A DNA stretch of 64,000 bases, taken from assembly GCA_918797485.1 (NCBI GenBank), contig CAKKNE010000002.1:3038001-3102000 (forward strand). Reading direction: 5' to 3'. Below, in pieces: positions 49,801 to 61,134 of the stretch (the stretch's first letter is position 1; each line of letters starts with the position of its first letter). The notes under the pieces were generated by a model. The model was not told the DNA's origin. It saw only the letters and a program-made list of their open reading frames with translations, and did not search any database. Made by a program: the position numbers and the translations under genes. Source of the DNA: Pelagomonas calceolata (lineage: Eukaryota).

Positions 49801-50593
49801 TTCGCGCTCTTTTTGTTCTGGCTGTCAACTGACGCCTCGTACTCCGCGTGTAGAGATCACCGGCTGGCGCGAGAAGCACAACTTCTGCTGGAGGTATATA
49901 GAAGCTGTACCACGCGCCTCGAAGCGATCTCTATGGCCCCTAGGCGGAGGCAGGGGCATGCGCGGCCGCGCCGCAGAGCTGGCTCTGCGGCAGATTTCAC
50001 CTCCTTTATTCGGGGAGGTATCCACTGAGGCGCGTACACGAGTGGGTGTGGACCTCTCGAGAGTCTCGGCTGGCCCGGCGTCTTCCGGGAGCTCAAGAGG
50101 GCCCTGCCGACAACGCACGTCTTCCTGCTCGTCGCGATGATGGGGGAGCTCTATTCGCTGACCGAGGCGAAGGACGTGTACGAGCTCGTGATGGGGGCGC
50201 TCCTTAAGGACACGAGCCAGCAATCCGCGGTAAGGGTGGCGGCGGCGATGATCTCCGTGGCGCCCATGGGCGACGTGCTGCGCGCCGTCGCGGCCGCAAA
50301 GGCGAAGGTGGCGCCGTCGGCCTAGACTACCTACCGCGCGGAGCTTCGACTACTGACTGAGATGTGTAAAGAACATGATGTTTATATCCCATGGGAGTCC
50401 ATTTGACTGAAGTGACGGGTTTTGTCACTCGATGTCGATCCTCGAGAAAAAGTGGTCGCAGACGGCAAAGATCAACGCCTACGCAGCTGCTTGAAGCAGT
50501 TTTGAACGGTCCGCCGCCGCTGCGCGACCGGTGGCCACAGAGGAGACGTCAAAGAGCATCTCTGAGGAGCAGCCATACAGAGAGCACTGAGCC

Positions 50594-51651
50594 ATGATAC
50601 TCCTTACCGCACTGCTGCTGGCACGCCTCGAGGCCTACACGCCACAACAGAACCGCAAACACATCACAGCACTGCAAGCAAAAAGGCCCTTCGTCCACGT
50701 GCCCTACGGCCAGGACGCGCCCTCGGACGTGAAGACGCTCGCCTGCGACGGCCGCGTCCCCAAGGCCACGCTCGACCTGAGCCACTGGACGGACAACACC
50801 ACGCCCCAGGATCTGTATGCCGACACGTCGACCGAGATCGCCCTGAACCTCGCTCGAAGTTCAGAGTACGGAGAGTACGACACTGCCACAGTCGTCAACA
50901 ACCACTTCGACGTCGACGGCGTGCTGTCGGCCTGGGCGGCGACGGATCCTGAGAGTGCGTTGCCGCACTTTCAATTATTGTGTGACGCGGCGGCGTGCGG
51001 GGATTTTGGCGAATGGCCTTCCGACGAAGGCGTGAAGCTGTGTTATGCCGTGGCGGAATTGGAGGATCCGTCCGCCGACGACGGAGGCTACGCTTCCGCA
51101 CTGAAAAAGCTCCCCGACGTCGTGCAGAATTTAGCTGAGTACGAGCACTTGTGGGGCCCGGGCTTCGCTAGTGTTTGTGATGATTATGATGACATGGCGG
51201 AGGGATTCGGCGAGGTCTCGGAAGGTGCCGGTGATATCGCGCTGGTCATGGAGCCTCCTGGTAGGAGGGCGCGATCACCGGTATCGATTCGGCGTCCGGG
51301 GGCCTTCGACTCACGACGGTGCGACGCCATCGATGCGGTCCCGCGCAGGCGGTGGACCGCCAGCTTAGGGAAGCGGGCATAACGCCGACGCGGTTATTGC
51401 GGGCGTCGTTCTTCTGCGGCGCCTGGATGTACGAGTACGAGCTCGTGGGCCACGGCTGGGTCAAGCGGTTGAGAGATAGACGCCTCGCGCCTCCTATAAA
51501 TGTGGACGCGGTCGTCTCAGCATTGGGCAAGCCGTGGGCGCCGGGCGGGCGGGCAGGCCTATGCAAGGCCTGCCGGACGGCCGAGGCCGTTCCTCACGAG
51601 CCTCAGGCCATGCTCGAGTTGCTACTGGAGGCAGATCTGGGTGCATCATAA
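50594..51651 (+). CDS. DHH-like protein of a bacterial-type family (DUF6687-like) with targeting peptide; intron 51281-51348
   Basis: CDG...LSHWTDNTTP..LYADTSTEI...NNHFDVDGVLSAW...GDF; a GT...CGCGCAG intron joins it in frame to ORF 51319..51651. Confidence 0.7.
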
Positions 51652-51666
51652 ATCTATTTACACTTC

Positions 51667-53559
51667 CTATGAATTCTCAGAGCTCCGTGTGAGCTCGTCG
51701 TCCTTCGTCGGCGTGTCGTCGCTCGCCGGCCGCTCGCCGTCGACAAAGGGGTACGCGATGACGTCGCTGACCGTCGACGGCGCCTTGGCCTTCGGCACCT
51801 TAACCGCGCCCGGGTTTTTAGCAGAAAAAGCAGCGAGCCACGCTTCCGACAGCGACGCGTCGGCGTCGGGCCTAGGTCGCGCCCGCCACCCGCCCGCGCC
51901 CCTTGAGGCCAAGCCCCGCCGCACGAGGTCCGGTAAAGCAGCTAGCGCCGCGTCCGCCGCGGCGCCGGCCCGCGTCGGGTCTGCGGCATCGACGGCCGTC
52001 GTGGTCAAAATTTCGTTCCGCAGCCGCTCCTCGTCCACAGCGTCGTACTCGCCCCAGCTCAATCTACGTAAAGCGCCGAGACACAATGCCTTCGCTCTCG
52101 CGTCCGTTTCTACCGCATCGCGAGCGGCCGCGTCGCACACGGTCGCGCCCTTGGCCCGCACCCTATCCCTCAAAGCTCGCGTCGTCTCGAGCTCGTACAT
52201 GTTCCTACGGGCTTTCGTGTTGAACAACAAGCGAGACACCCACGCGAACACCGCTACCGAAGCGGCCACGTCTCCCCATACCGTCCCGAGTCTCTGGGCC
52301 GCCACCAGCAATAAAAATGTAGCACCGGTGACGACGTCGAAGCGCACGGCATCTAACGGTCTCACACGCAGTCGTCGCGTCGGCCACAGGGTCCCCAGCG
52401 TTCGCAACGGCACGTCCTCGTACAGCGCCAGGCCCAAGCGCCGAGGCCCCCGCTTCGCCGCTAATGATGGATCGGTAGCATGTAATGCTACCACCCTATC
52501 ATAAGCTAAACACCGTCTAGGGGGCGGTCGTCGCAATGCTCTTGCAGCCCCCCACAACGACGTCGCGTTCGTCAGGGCGCTGTCGACCGCCGCGCCCACG
52601 CCTCTCCTAGGTAATTCGACCCAGCCGTATTTCGGTCTGGTTGACTGCGCCAGGTCCGCCGTCGGACCGGCACACCCGACGCCATCTACAGCAAAGGCAG
52701 CGACATCGCACTCCTCCTCATCTATGGCTCTATTGGCGCCCCATCTTGTTAAGAGCTGTCTCGACGTTTTTGTCACAATACCGAGACACAACCGGAAAGG
52801 TTTCGTGACGACCCTTCGCACTCGAGAAGGCTTCGGCAAGTCCTCGAGGTCATAACTCTCGCCCTTCATCATCTTGGTAGCAATCGCCGCGTTCTTGGCG
52901 ATGTTGCCCACTCTTCTGCCAGATCGTTCGACGCTCTCCGACAATAAATACTCTAGAGCATCCGCGAACCCAAGGGGCTCATCGAAGACGCGGACACCCC
53001 TCCGCCAGCACCTCATTTCTGTTAAAGGTCGATCATCCACATCGACCCGCAAACCCGCATCTCTCGCGAGGGCATCACATAAGCCTCGCTCTCGCGCATC
53101 GACTTCCACATACCCAGCTCGTTCTAGCCACTTCGCCAACGCCCCGGAAAACCGTTTCACGGCGAGCTCCGCTTGCGCATTATCTAAGGCTTTTTCCTCT
53201 CTACTTCCGAACCAGGATCTACCTGGTATTCTTGAAGGCTGCTCCGCTCGCGGGGCTTCCCAGGCCTGCCTTGCGGCGGCGTACAAGTCCTCTAATCTTT
53301 TTTTGTCTTCGGACACTTCCGCTCCTAGGAGTCGTTCTAACGAATCTAACGACTCGCCACCGACCCTCGACGCCGACTGGGGCGCGATCTGGCCTCTTTC
53401 AGCCGCTAGTAACAGTCGTTGTTCGGGCTGCGGCCGCGCCATGCCGGGCCCGGCCAGCGACATGGATCTAGCGGTTGTGGCTAGGATGAGGACGTGGGAG
53501 ACCTCGAGGGCCGACGCCGTCGCTAGCGCCAGCGCCGCGGCGAGGTAGAGCTTCGCCAT
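51667..53559 (-). CDS. TMEM143/DUF3754-like membrane protein with signal peptide
   Basis: WLERAGY, LALYEDVPLRTLGTLWP...RPLD, two TM helices, then Y...LRD and helical tail. Confidence 0.65.
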   Translation of the reverse strand: MAKLYLAAALALATASALEVSHVLILATTARSMSLAGPGMARPQPEQRLLLAAERGQIAPQSASRVGGESLDSLERLLGAEVSEDKKRLEDLYAAARQAWEAPRAEQPSRIPGRSWFGSREEKALDNAQAELAVKRFSGALAKWLERAGYVEVDARERGLCDALARDAGLRVDVDDRPLTEMRCWRRGVRVFDEPLGFADALEYLLSESVERSGRRVGNIAKNAAIATKMMKGESYDLEDLPKPSRVRRVVTKPFRLCLGIVTKTSRQLLTRWGANRAIDEEECDVAAFAVDGVGCAGPTADLAQSTRPKYGWVELPRRGVGAAVDSALTNATSLWGAARALRRPPPRRCLAYDRVVALHATDPSLAAKRGPRRLGLALYEDVPLRTLGTLWPTRRLRVRPLDAVRFDVVTGATFLLLVAAQRLGTVWGDVAASVAVFAWVSRLLFNTKARRNMYELETTRALRDRVRAKGATVCDAAARDAVETDARAKALCLGALRRLSWGEYDAVDEERLRNEILTTTAVDAADPTRAGAAADAALAALPDLVRRGLASRGAGGWRARPRPDADASLSEAWLAAFSAKNPGAVKVPKAKAPSTVSDVIAYPFVDGERPASDDTPTKDDELTRSSENS

Positions 53560-53989
53560 GGCGTTATGCTGTTTTCGCTGTCTGCCAGTCGGTAAGCGCC
53601 GCGCCTTCGTGTGGGGGCCAAGGGCCTCAGTTATGGGTGTACCGCAGCCTCAGATCAGCACTGGCTTACGCCGCGGCCGCGGATATCCGCGATGAATAGG
53701 GCGGCCGCAAAACAGTGAGAGGCTTTGTGCGGGTGGCTCTCCGAAAAGAAAAGCTCCCAAAGACGCAGCCCCGCCTGCCCCAGCAATCATCCACACCTCT
53801 CGCGACGACTCGAGCCACAGGAACAGACAGAGCACTAGCAAATCGAACAGGTCGAGACGTTTCCCGCGCGGCTGCCCAAGAGCTGCCCCAAGCACCGCGC
53901 CAAGCACCGCGCATTGTGAGGTAGTTGCCCCGACGCAGCGCCCGACACCCGACGCAACGCCCGCGCGACGCGCCGCACGAAACGGAACC

Positions 53990-55366
53990 ATGGCATCCCC
54001 GACCAAGAAGCCCGTGCTGCTCGACGTGAACGTGAAGAGGGCCATGCCCGCGTCGCCGCCGAAGATCGCCATGAAGCTTGCTGGACGCGCGCCCTCGCCC
54101 CAGAAGACGGCGCAGCAGCTCTTCGAGAAGCTCGAGGCGGCCGAAGCGCGCCGCGACGTCGAGCTCGAGGAGAAGAAGTTTAAAGCGCAAGCGATGGCCA
54201 CCATGAAGGGCACTGTTAAATCCTCGCCGACGAAGGCCGAAATTGACGAGAAGATGAAGCAGGCCCAGCGCAACCACGACTTGCGTATTACGGAGAAAGT
54301 GGAACAAGCGGCCCAGGAGACCATGAAGCTAGAGCAGGCGCGGGAGCGCCGGGAATTGTTGGAAAAAAGGTCGCGGGAGGTCGCGGCGATCCAGTACTCG
54401 GCGAAGGAGACCGATGCCGAGCGTCGCTTGCTTGGTTTGGAGATCCAAAGAGAGACGAAGCGTTTAGTGACGAACAACAAGCGCGAGAAGGTCTATGAAA
54501 GGTTGGCTGAAGATCGGGAGCGCCGGGCGGCTTTATTAGATGAGAAGCTTGAGAGAGCTGCCGAACTAAAAGGCCAGCATGATGATTTGACAAGACTACG
54601 AGCGGCGGCGACGTCGACGTGCCGGGTCGCGGCCGCGCAGACGCGCCGCGACGTCGACGACGCCGAGCGCCGCCTGCACGCGGCAGCCGAGACGGCGAAC
54701 AAGATGGAGGACGCTCAGAGAAGGAGGGAGATCGAGCAGCTCGATAAAGTGGTCCGGGCGGCGTCATTAGGATCCGCCGCGGTCGTGACGGCCGCGCGCA
54801 GACGGCTGCGCGACACGGACCAGCAGATGGAAACCGGCGCGCGCAATTTAGAAATTAAGCTCACCGGTGCTGAATTAGAGAGAAGGCGCAAGCTCGAGGA
54901 CGTCGCGGCCAAAGCTAGAGCCACGGGCACGGCTCGGGTGGAAGCGGCCGCACAGGAACGAAAGTACCGAGAAGATAGGGCCGAGATGGACGCCGAGTAC
55001 CGCCGCAATCAAGCGAGACTCGCCTCGTCTCGAGCGGAGGACGCGAAGATGCTCGTGGCCGGCAAGGCCTCGATGGCCAATGCCGAGAAAATGAGAAGAC
55101 GCCAGGAGAAAGAAAAAATGGAGTCCGATTTCTGCGAGGAGACGCGCGCGAAGCTCGACGCGAAGTTGCAAGATGCGGAGAAGCGCGTCGAGCAGGAGGG
55201 TCTGAGATTGCGCACCAAATATCAAGGCGTCCGCCGCGAGACGCCGCCGCCGTCGGACGGGCCCGGCAACTACTTCGCGGAGCACGGCGTGCTCATCGGG
55301 GGCTGCGTCGCCGGTGGGTTGGCCGCGGTCTTCGCGCTGTCTCGAGTGCTCGCGCGCTTCTCCTAG
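53990..55366 (+). CDS. Coiled-coil protein with C-terminal tail anchor
   Basis: E/K/R/A-rich helical body; terminal hydrophobic VLIGGCVAGGLAAVFALSRVLARFS. Confidence 0.7.
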   Translation: MASPTKKPVLLDVNVKRAMPASPPKIAMKLAGRAPSPQKTAQQLFEKLEAAEARRDVELEEKKFKAQAMATMKGTVKSSPTKAEIDEKMKQAQRNHDLRITEKVEQAAQETMKLEQARERRELLEKRSREVAAIQYSAKETDAERRLLGLEIQRETKRLVTNNKREKVYERLAEDRERRAALLDEKLERAAELKGQHDDLTRLRAAATSTCRVAAAQTRRDVDDAERRLHAAAETANKMEDAQRRREIEQLDKVVRAASLGSAAVVTAARRRLRDTDQQMETGARNLEIKLTGAELERRRKLEDVAAKARATGTARVEAAAQERKYREDRAEMDAEYRRNQARLASSRAEDAKMLVAGKASMANAEKMRRRQEKEKMESDFCEETRAKLDAKLQDAEKRVEQEGLRLRTKYQGVRRETPPPSDGPGNYFAEHGVLIGGCVAGGLAAVFALSRVLARFS

Positions 55367-55553
55367 AGGAAACGTGCTCTTTTCCGCGCGCCGGCAGCGG
55401 TGCGCGCAATAACATCCCCCGTTCTGACTAACCACCTACATGAACACTATTACTCCGTACTAGTACGCGCCGCGAAGGGCGCCGCGATGGCGTTCGACGA
55501 GATAACAGCCACCGAGACGCCGTCGACGTGGCCGCGCGAACGGGTTGGCGACG

Positions 55554-56888
55554 TCACCCGTCCACCTCGACGTGCGCGAAGAGCCCTCTTGTGGATAAAC
55601 AGATCGGCATGTCCGTGCGGCCCCAGTCGTCTTTCAGCATGCCGACCTCGAAGCCGTCCTGCTTCTGCCAGGTACTCGCGCCGTAGGCCGCTAGGGACGT
55701 ACCTGGCGCCCGGAACCGCCCGTTCGTCCGGCCTCTTTTATAGGCCCACTTTTCCTCCAGTGCCCGTACTCGATCAACTAAGACCGCGTTCAGGGACCAG
55801 TTCGAGTCCCAGGCGCTGAAGCATCGCATCGACGACCCGGCATAGGATGCGCAGTCCGCTACTCGATTGTTCTGGAAATCTCGACAATAAAAAGACCACC
55901 AGTTCCGCCGCCTTTCAAAGGTCGTCCGGCCGTTCCACTGGGGCATATTTCTATTGTCCTGGCACCGTCGAAAGGTCCCGCAGCCCTGGTCCTGGATGGA
56001 TCTTAGTCTAACGACAGCGGCGCCCCTTTTTGCCGCGACGACCGCGGCGGCGAGCTCCGACGCGACTTCGTCGAGCGTCGCGCCGGGCGCGACCGCGAAG
56101 TCCTTCTCCAGAAACAACACGTGGGTACTGGTAGAGACGGCGCAGGCCGCGGCGAAGGCCGCGCCGATCGTGAGGACCTCGCGTTTTACTTGTCTGGGCA
56201 TTTGTGGGCCTATCCTTTTTTGGACGTCGGACGGCAGTAGCACCTCGAAGCCGTGTTTTAAACCCAGCGCGACCTCGGACGGTGCCGGGTCGTTGAGCAT
56301 TAAGATGCGCTCGTCTACGAAACTCAACAGGCCGGAGTCGCGCCACGACAGCATGGAGTTCCGGAGCGTCGCAGGGGTTCGATACGATAGAGCGACGAGC
56401 GCCACCGTCGCGTCGTGCACACTTTCATAGGAAGTGCCGCAGTACGAGTTCGTATGATAGGTATGTTTTGACGGTTGCGCGCGCTTCAGAGCGGCCGCAA
56501 AGCCCCCCGTATAATTCCGTCGCGCCACCAAGCCTTCCGCCTCCAAAGAACTACGGGACGCATCCAGCTCCGCTTGCGTCAACTTCTTCCCCGCGAAGTT
56601 CACTCGATCCAGTTCCGCCGGCGTCGGCCTCCTTTTTAGAGTTGCCCACTCGCCGCTCGGGTTCGTCACGACGTATTCACATCCATTAACACGAGAACAC
56701 ACACTTAAACCCTTCTGGCACCGCTTCTGGGAGGGCGCCTCGCACCGGATCTGGCAGGCGCAGGTGTGCTTGCCTTCCGTTTCCGCACAGGGCACGTCGT
56801 AGAGGCTGAGGCCGCGCTGCTCGACTGCTCGTGCTGTGATGTGCTCTTGCGACGTCGTTCGAGTCGCGAGCAGGAGTAGGGCCCACAT
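55554..56888 (-). CDS. Secretory-pathway GT-A fold glycosyltransferase-like protein
   Basis: Signal MWALLLLA (56888); ALSYRTPATLRNSMLSW..SGL, HVLFLEKDF (DxD-like), VVRLR, NWSLN; Cys-rich N-terminal module. Confidence 0.65.
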   Translation of the reverse strand: MWALLLLATRTTSQEHITARAVEQRGLSLYDVPCAETEGKHTCACQIRCEAPSQKRCQKGLSVCSRVNGCEYVVTNPSGEWATLKRRPTPAELDRVNFAGKKLTQAELDASRSSLEAEGLVARRNYTGGFAAALKRAQPSKHTYHTNSYCGTSYESVHDATVALVALSYRTPATLRNSMLSWRDSGLLSFVDERILMLNDPAPSEVALGLKHGFEVLLPSDVQKRIGPQMPRQVKREVLTIGAAFAAACAVSTSTHVLFLEKDFAVAPGATLDEVASELAAAVVAAKRGAAVVRLRSIQDQGCGTFRRCQDNRNMPQWNGRTTFERRRNWWSFYCRDFQNNRVADCASYAGSSMRCFSAWDSNWSLNAVLVDRVRALEEKWAYKRGRTNGRFRAPGTSLAAYGASTWQKQDGFEVGMLKDDWGRTDMPICLSTRGLFAHVEVDG

Positions 56889-57161
56889 GTTTCGACGCGT
56901 TTGGGCAGCCCTGGCTGCCCTGGACAATTCCCACGGCTGCGGCTGCCCGAAGCCCAAGGTCGAAACTAGTATGTCTCACCGCTAGGTGGGCTCACTTCGT
57001 TTTTACGTGCGCGGGTGATTCAAGCCATAGAATATTAGTTTTGAGGTCACCGATATGAGGCCTTGCGCTGACTCGCGCAAAACTCCTGCGGCCCGTCGCT
57101 CATAGCGACAATTTTCAGTGGCTCTGTAAAACTCTTATTCGCGAGATTCGCGAGACGATAA

Positions 57162-57692
57162 ATGGGCTTCGTCCGTCCCGATTTGGCGCCGAACGGGACC
57201 AAATGGTCAGCCGACGGCGGCCACTCCGGTGGCCAGGCTTATAAGACAGTTGGTTTCTGGGTCGGCATCATGTGCGGGCTCGGTTTCATCGGTCTGGCTG
57301 TATACTGGCTCTACCTGAAACGCCACTACGAGCGCGTCGTCGCAGAGCGCCCGCGCGCCCGAGCGACGGTGGCCCGCGTCGCGCAGAAGCTGGAGGAAGT
57401 GCCCACCGAGGTGCGAACATCCGCGAAGGGCGAGTGTTCGATCTGCCTCTCGCGCCGGGCTGAATTCGGCGCTGCGGCCGCGGCGCGGCCGGTCGTCGTC
57501 CTGCCGTGCAAACACGCCTTCCATGCGAAATGCCTCGAGAACTGGTTCGCGACGAGTCTGGCGCGCCTGTCGGACGCGGACGATCTCACGTGCCCGCTGT
57601 GCCGTCAGGCCGTCCCCGCGGCGCCGCGACGGCGCCTTGACGGCGAGGAGCACAAGGACGCGACGGGCGACGTCGAATTACGTGGCGTGTAG
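57162..57692 (+). CDS. Transmembrane RING-H2 E3 ubiquitin ligase (ATL-like)
   Basis: TM FWVGIMCGLGFIGLAVYWLYL; CSICL...LPCKHAFHAKCLENW...CPLCR. Confidence 0.9.
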   Translation: MGFVRPDLAPNGTKWSADGGHSGGQAYKTVGFWVGIMCGLGFIGLAVYWLYLKRHYERVVAERPRARATVARVAQKLEEVPTEVRTSAKGECSICLSRRAEFGAAAAARPVVVLPCKHAFHAKCLENWFATSLARLSDADDLTCPLCRQAVPAAPRRRLDGEEHKDATGDVELRGV

Positions 57693-57785
57693 TTGTATTG
57701 TCCGAGTCGCGTTCGGACAGCTGTCGAAATGTGCATAGCTCCTTTGCTGTATCTAAGAAATGTCTAGCTGTCTCACAAAAGACTC

Positions 57786-59108
57786 TTACGTCACCTCCCG
57801 CGTCGCCGGGTCCGCGAAGGCCGACTTGGCGGCACTCCGCTTCGCGAGCTCGAACGTCGAGACGGCGTGGTGGAGCTTCTTCTTCGGCCGCGTCCGGCGC
57901 TTCAGCGTCGTCTTCTGGGCCGACGTGAGCGGTGCATCCGCGCGGTGCACCTGAGGCGACCCGAGGAGCTCCCGCACCAAATCCGTCCGCGGCGATGCGC
58001 GCGACGCGATCGCCGGCCGCAGCACGACGTTGGGGTCGAGCTTCGGCTTGACCGGGCTCGCGCGCCGCGCGACCGGCGCGGCGACCGGCGTCGCGGCGGC
58101 ACGGACCGGCGACGCGACCGGCGACGCGACGACCGGGCTCGCCGGCGCGGCGGCCAGGGGTTTCCCGGGCGGCGCGAGCACGCGGAAGCCACTCTTCTGA
58201 GGCGAGGGCGACGCGAGGAAGGGTTTTGGCTTGGAAGGAGGCGACTGCGCGGCGCGGCTCCGCAGCTTGGCCAGCGCCGCCTCTTCCGGATCTTGTTCCT
58301 TCTTCTGCGGTCGTAGCCGCCCATTGAGCGCGCCGCGGCCGCCGTGCGTCAGCGACGACGCCTCGGAGGACTGCGTCGCGCCTTGCCGTAAGGCTCGCAG
58401 CTCCGCCCAGCACGGGTGCGAAGGCGAGTGAATTGATCCTGCGTTCGCCTTGATGGAGTAGGCCGTCAACTCCGTCTCCTGCCGGATGAATTCATCCAAA
58501 GCGGCCTCCTCCGTGTTTTCGACGACGTCTCCATCAGACTCATTTAGTTTGTTATCATCCAACACTTCTAGAGTTGGTAAGGCCATGGCTATTGAATCGC
58601 GGTAGTCTTTTGTCGAGGCGATGGGGCATCCTAACAATGTCAAACAAGACAGCTTGTCGCACGTGCTCAACGCGTCTAATTGAGCTACATCTCCTATTCG
58701 ATTCGATTCCAGATCCAGGACCATCAAGTTCTCCTGAAACGCCAAAGCCGTGCAGTCCTCGACGTCGTTGAACGAGAGGTAGAGCTCCTCCAGCGCGGGC
58801 AGAGCCGCGACGCCATCAAAATCAGACACACCGCATCGCGCCGCGTGCAGCACCCTCAGATTCAGCAAGTCACAACCTAAATCACGGAAGGAACAAAGCT
58901 TCGACTGGCGGAACCGTAGTCTTTCGAGCCTGGGCAGCTGTTCGCCGAGCTCGTGCGTCGCTTCGCGTCCCGTGTCCAGGTTCACCAGCGTGACCTCGTC
59001 CACGTCCTTCAACGCATCCCTAGAAGTGTCCTTGAGCTGGGGACAAAAGGCCCGCACGTCGAAGACGACGCCCGCGTCCACAAACTCCTCTGTTGGTGAG
59101 CCCCTCAT
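57786..59108 (-). CDS. LRRC56: Leucine-rich repeat protein 56 (ciliary dynein assembly/transport factor)
   Basis: LGEQLPRLERL..SKLCSFRDLG..L.NLRVL..RCG..DFDG..ALPALEELYLSFND...LDLESN...LTLLGCP...LPTLEVLD. True start may be upstream. Confidence 0.8.
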   Translation of the reverse strand: MRGSPTEEFVDAGVVFDVRAFCPQLKDTSRDALKDVDEVTLVNLDTGREATHELGEQLPRLERLRFRQSKLCSFRDLGCDLLNLRVLHAARCGVSDFDGVAALPALEELYLSFNDVEDCTALAFQENLMVLDLESNRIGDVAQLDALSTCDKLSCLTLLGCPIASTKDYRDSIAMALPTLEVLDDNKLNESDGDVVENTEEAALDEFIRQETELTAYSIKANAGSIHSPSHPCWAELRALRQGATQSSEASSLTHGGRGALNGRLRPQKKEQDPEEAALAKLRSRAAQSPPSKPKPFLASPSPQKSGFRVLAPPGKPLAAAPASPVVASPVASPVRAAATPVAAPVARRASPVKPKLDPNVVLRPAIASRASPRTDLVRELLGSPQVHRADAPLTSAQKTTLKRRTRPKKKLHHAVSTFELAKRSAAKSAFADPATREVT

Positions 59109-59483
59109 ATTGCTGCCCAAGCACGGCGCGTCGACGCGCCTGCCGTCGTGGGTCCGCGCGGGGGACCACAGCGGTGGTGCTCAGGGCTGCCCCGGTCCCA
59201 ATTGCGGGCTGCCCTCCGCGCACGGCCGGCCTTTGCCAAACCCTCGGCGTTCAGCTGGGTGAAAGGTGCAGACCCCCCTACCCGCCCGCCGGGAGCGCTC
59301 GCGGGGCCCGTACTCCGTAGCGCACCCGGCGAGACGTGCCTCGACGCCTAAAGCCCGGGTCCGACGCCTCCCTGCCACGAGCCACGACACAACGCTGGGG
59401 CTCTCACAACAGCCCGTCGCGCAGCCCCGCAAGTCCACGGGGCAGCCCGAAACCGACGTTGCGCTGCGCGACACGCGACAAGG

Positions 59484-60002
59484 ATGGACTTCGACGCGCC
59501 CTGGCAGCACGCGCTCGGCCCCGGCGGCCACTACTACACTCCTTTTCAGGAGAGCGTCTCGGCGTCCTGCTTCCGCAACACGGCCGTGCCCACGAAGCGC
59601 CACGTCCAGCAACATGTGACGGAGGTGCCCGTGCCCGTGCTGTACCCGTCGTTCTGCGAGGGGAAGCAGCAGTCGTCGACTGAAGTGCGGCCGCGGCCGA
59701 GCGGCGTCCCGCGCGACGGCGCCCTCTGCTGGCCCCACGACGACGGCACGTTCCTGGGGCACCACGGCCGATTCGGAACCACTGAAAGTGGCGCGGGCGC
59801 GGCGCTGGACAAGCTGGTCCCTTTCGCGACGAAGGCGGCCGAGCGCTGGACGGCCCTCGCGGAGGGCGGGAATGCTGCCAGAGCGGCATTACCACCGAGC
59901 GAGCGCGGGGCCAAGGCGCTCCCCTACGACCCCGCGAGCGACTACGACGCCTGGCGGCGGGATCACCTGTCCGATGCGGGGCTCTCGCTGCTGAGCGCGT
60001 GA
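59484..60002 (+). CDS. Hypothetical protein
   Basis: 172-aa ATG ORF with coding-like GC3 between two clear genes; no family recognised. Confidence 0.5.
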   Translation: MDFDAPWQHALGPGGHYYTPFQESVSASCFRNTAVPTKRHVQQHVTEVPVPVLYPSFCEGKQQSSTEVRPRPSGVPRDGALCWPHDDGTFLGHHGRFGTTESGAGAALDKLVPFATKAAERWTALAEGGNAARAALPPSERGAKALPYDPASDYDAWRRDHLSDAGLSLLSA

Positions 60003-60318
60003 CGTGTCCTATCTCGCGCGGCCTTTTCGAAGGGGGTGTTGTTACCTAAGTATGGGCTTGCCGCGATGTTTCCTCCGAATAGATCACTGCGCTAGTGTGT
60101 GTCGACACGCTAGGCTCCTGGTTCGGGCGTGGTGCGTATAACTCGGCGTAGCTGTCGTTACACTTGCCATTGGAATTGCACAATCAGAGCATTACCTGTC
60201 GCGCACCAGCAAGACAATAAATTTTTGAACCAATTGGCTTGACAACAGCTCTCAGAGCCTGTGTCAGCCTGCACCTTTGAGACCAGCTGAGTGACGCCTC
60301 TTGCCCGCTCTACTCGTG

Positions 60319-61119
60319 ATGATGCCTCTCAGCGTAGTTGCCGCCCTGCTGGGCGCGTCCTGCAGCGCATTTGCACCGAAACCGCTGCGCGGCACGCCAC
60401 GCCGCAACGCGAAACGCCAGTCGTTGCAAATGAATGTCATCACCGACCGGCCCGCAAGAGCCGCCCTCGCCGCCGCCTACGTCGGCTTCGCGGGCGCCAT
60501 CGCGACGTTTCCCGGCGAGTTCAACAACCCGGCCGACATCCAGCTCATCCAGGATGCATTGAACGACCCGACGTCCATGAATCCCGTGTTCTTCTTCGTT
60601 TTTAATTCCCTAGGACTGATCCCGGCGGTGAACGCGGCCGTGCTGCTGCCCGGCGCGAAGGACCAGCGGCCCCTCCCCGCGGCGCCGTTCGTCGCCTCCA
60701 GTTTCTTCGCTGGCTACGGTGGCGTCGGGCCGTATATGATTCTGCGCGAGCCGCGCTTCGGACCTATCAAACGATCGGAGCTGGGCTTCTTCCCCCGCGT
60801 CGTGACCGAGTCGAAGCTGTTCGGCGCGGGTTTGGTTGCGGGCGCCGTCGGCCTCTACGGCGGGCTGCTCACGCAGCTCTCGGGCGGTGCACTTTCAGAT
60901 TATATCGATCTGGCGGCGTCGTCGAAGCTCGTGTCCGTGAGCAGCGTCGACTTCCTCATCCTGTCGCTCTTCGCCTTCGAGCCGATCAAGGAGGACATGA
61001 GCCGGAGGGGCTGGTGGGGCTGCTATGGCGAGAACAATGTGGGGCGCCTCGCGGCCTTCTGCTTCCCGGTGCTCGGGCCCGCGGCTTACGTGTTGTTGAG
61101 ACCAGCGCTCAAAGACTAA
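60319..61119 (+). CDS. Plastid-targeted multi-pass membrane protein (DUF2834-like)
   Basis: Signal peptide + SAFAP; FNSLG..P, PF..SSFF.G...GPY..LR, VTESK, VSSVDF, EDMSRRG, PVLGPAAY..LRP. Confidence 0.7.
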   Translation: MMPLSVVAALLGASCSAFAPKPLRGTPRRNAKRQSLQMNVITDRPARAALAAAYVGFAGAIATFPGEFNNPADIQLIQDALNDPTSMNPVFFFVFNSLGLIPAVNAAVLLPGAKDQRPLPAAPFVASSFFAGYGGVGPYMILREPRFGPIKRSELGFFPRVVTESKLFGAGLVAGAVGLYGGLLTQLSGGALSDYIDLAASSKLVSVSSVDFLILSLFAFEPIKEDMSRRGWWGCYGENNVGRLAAFCFPVLGPAAYVLLRPALKD

Positions 61120-61134
61120 GCACAACAATAAAAC

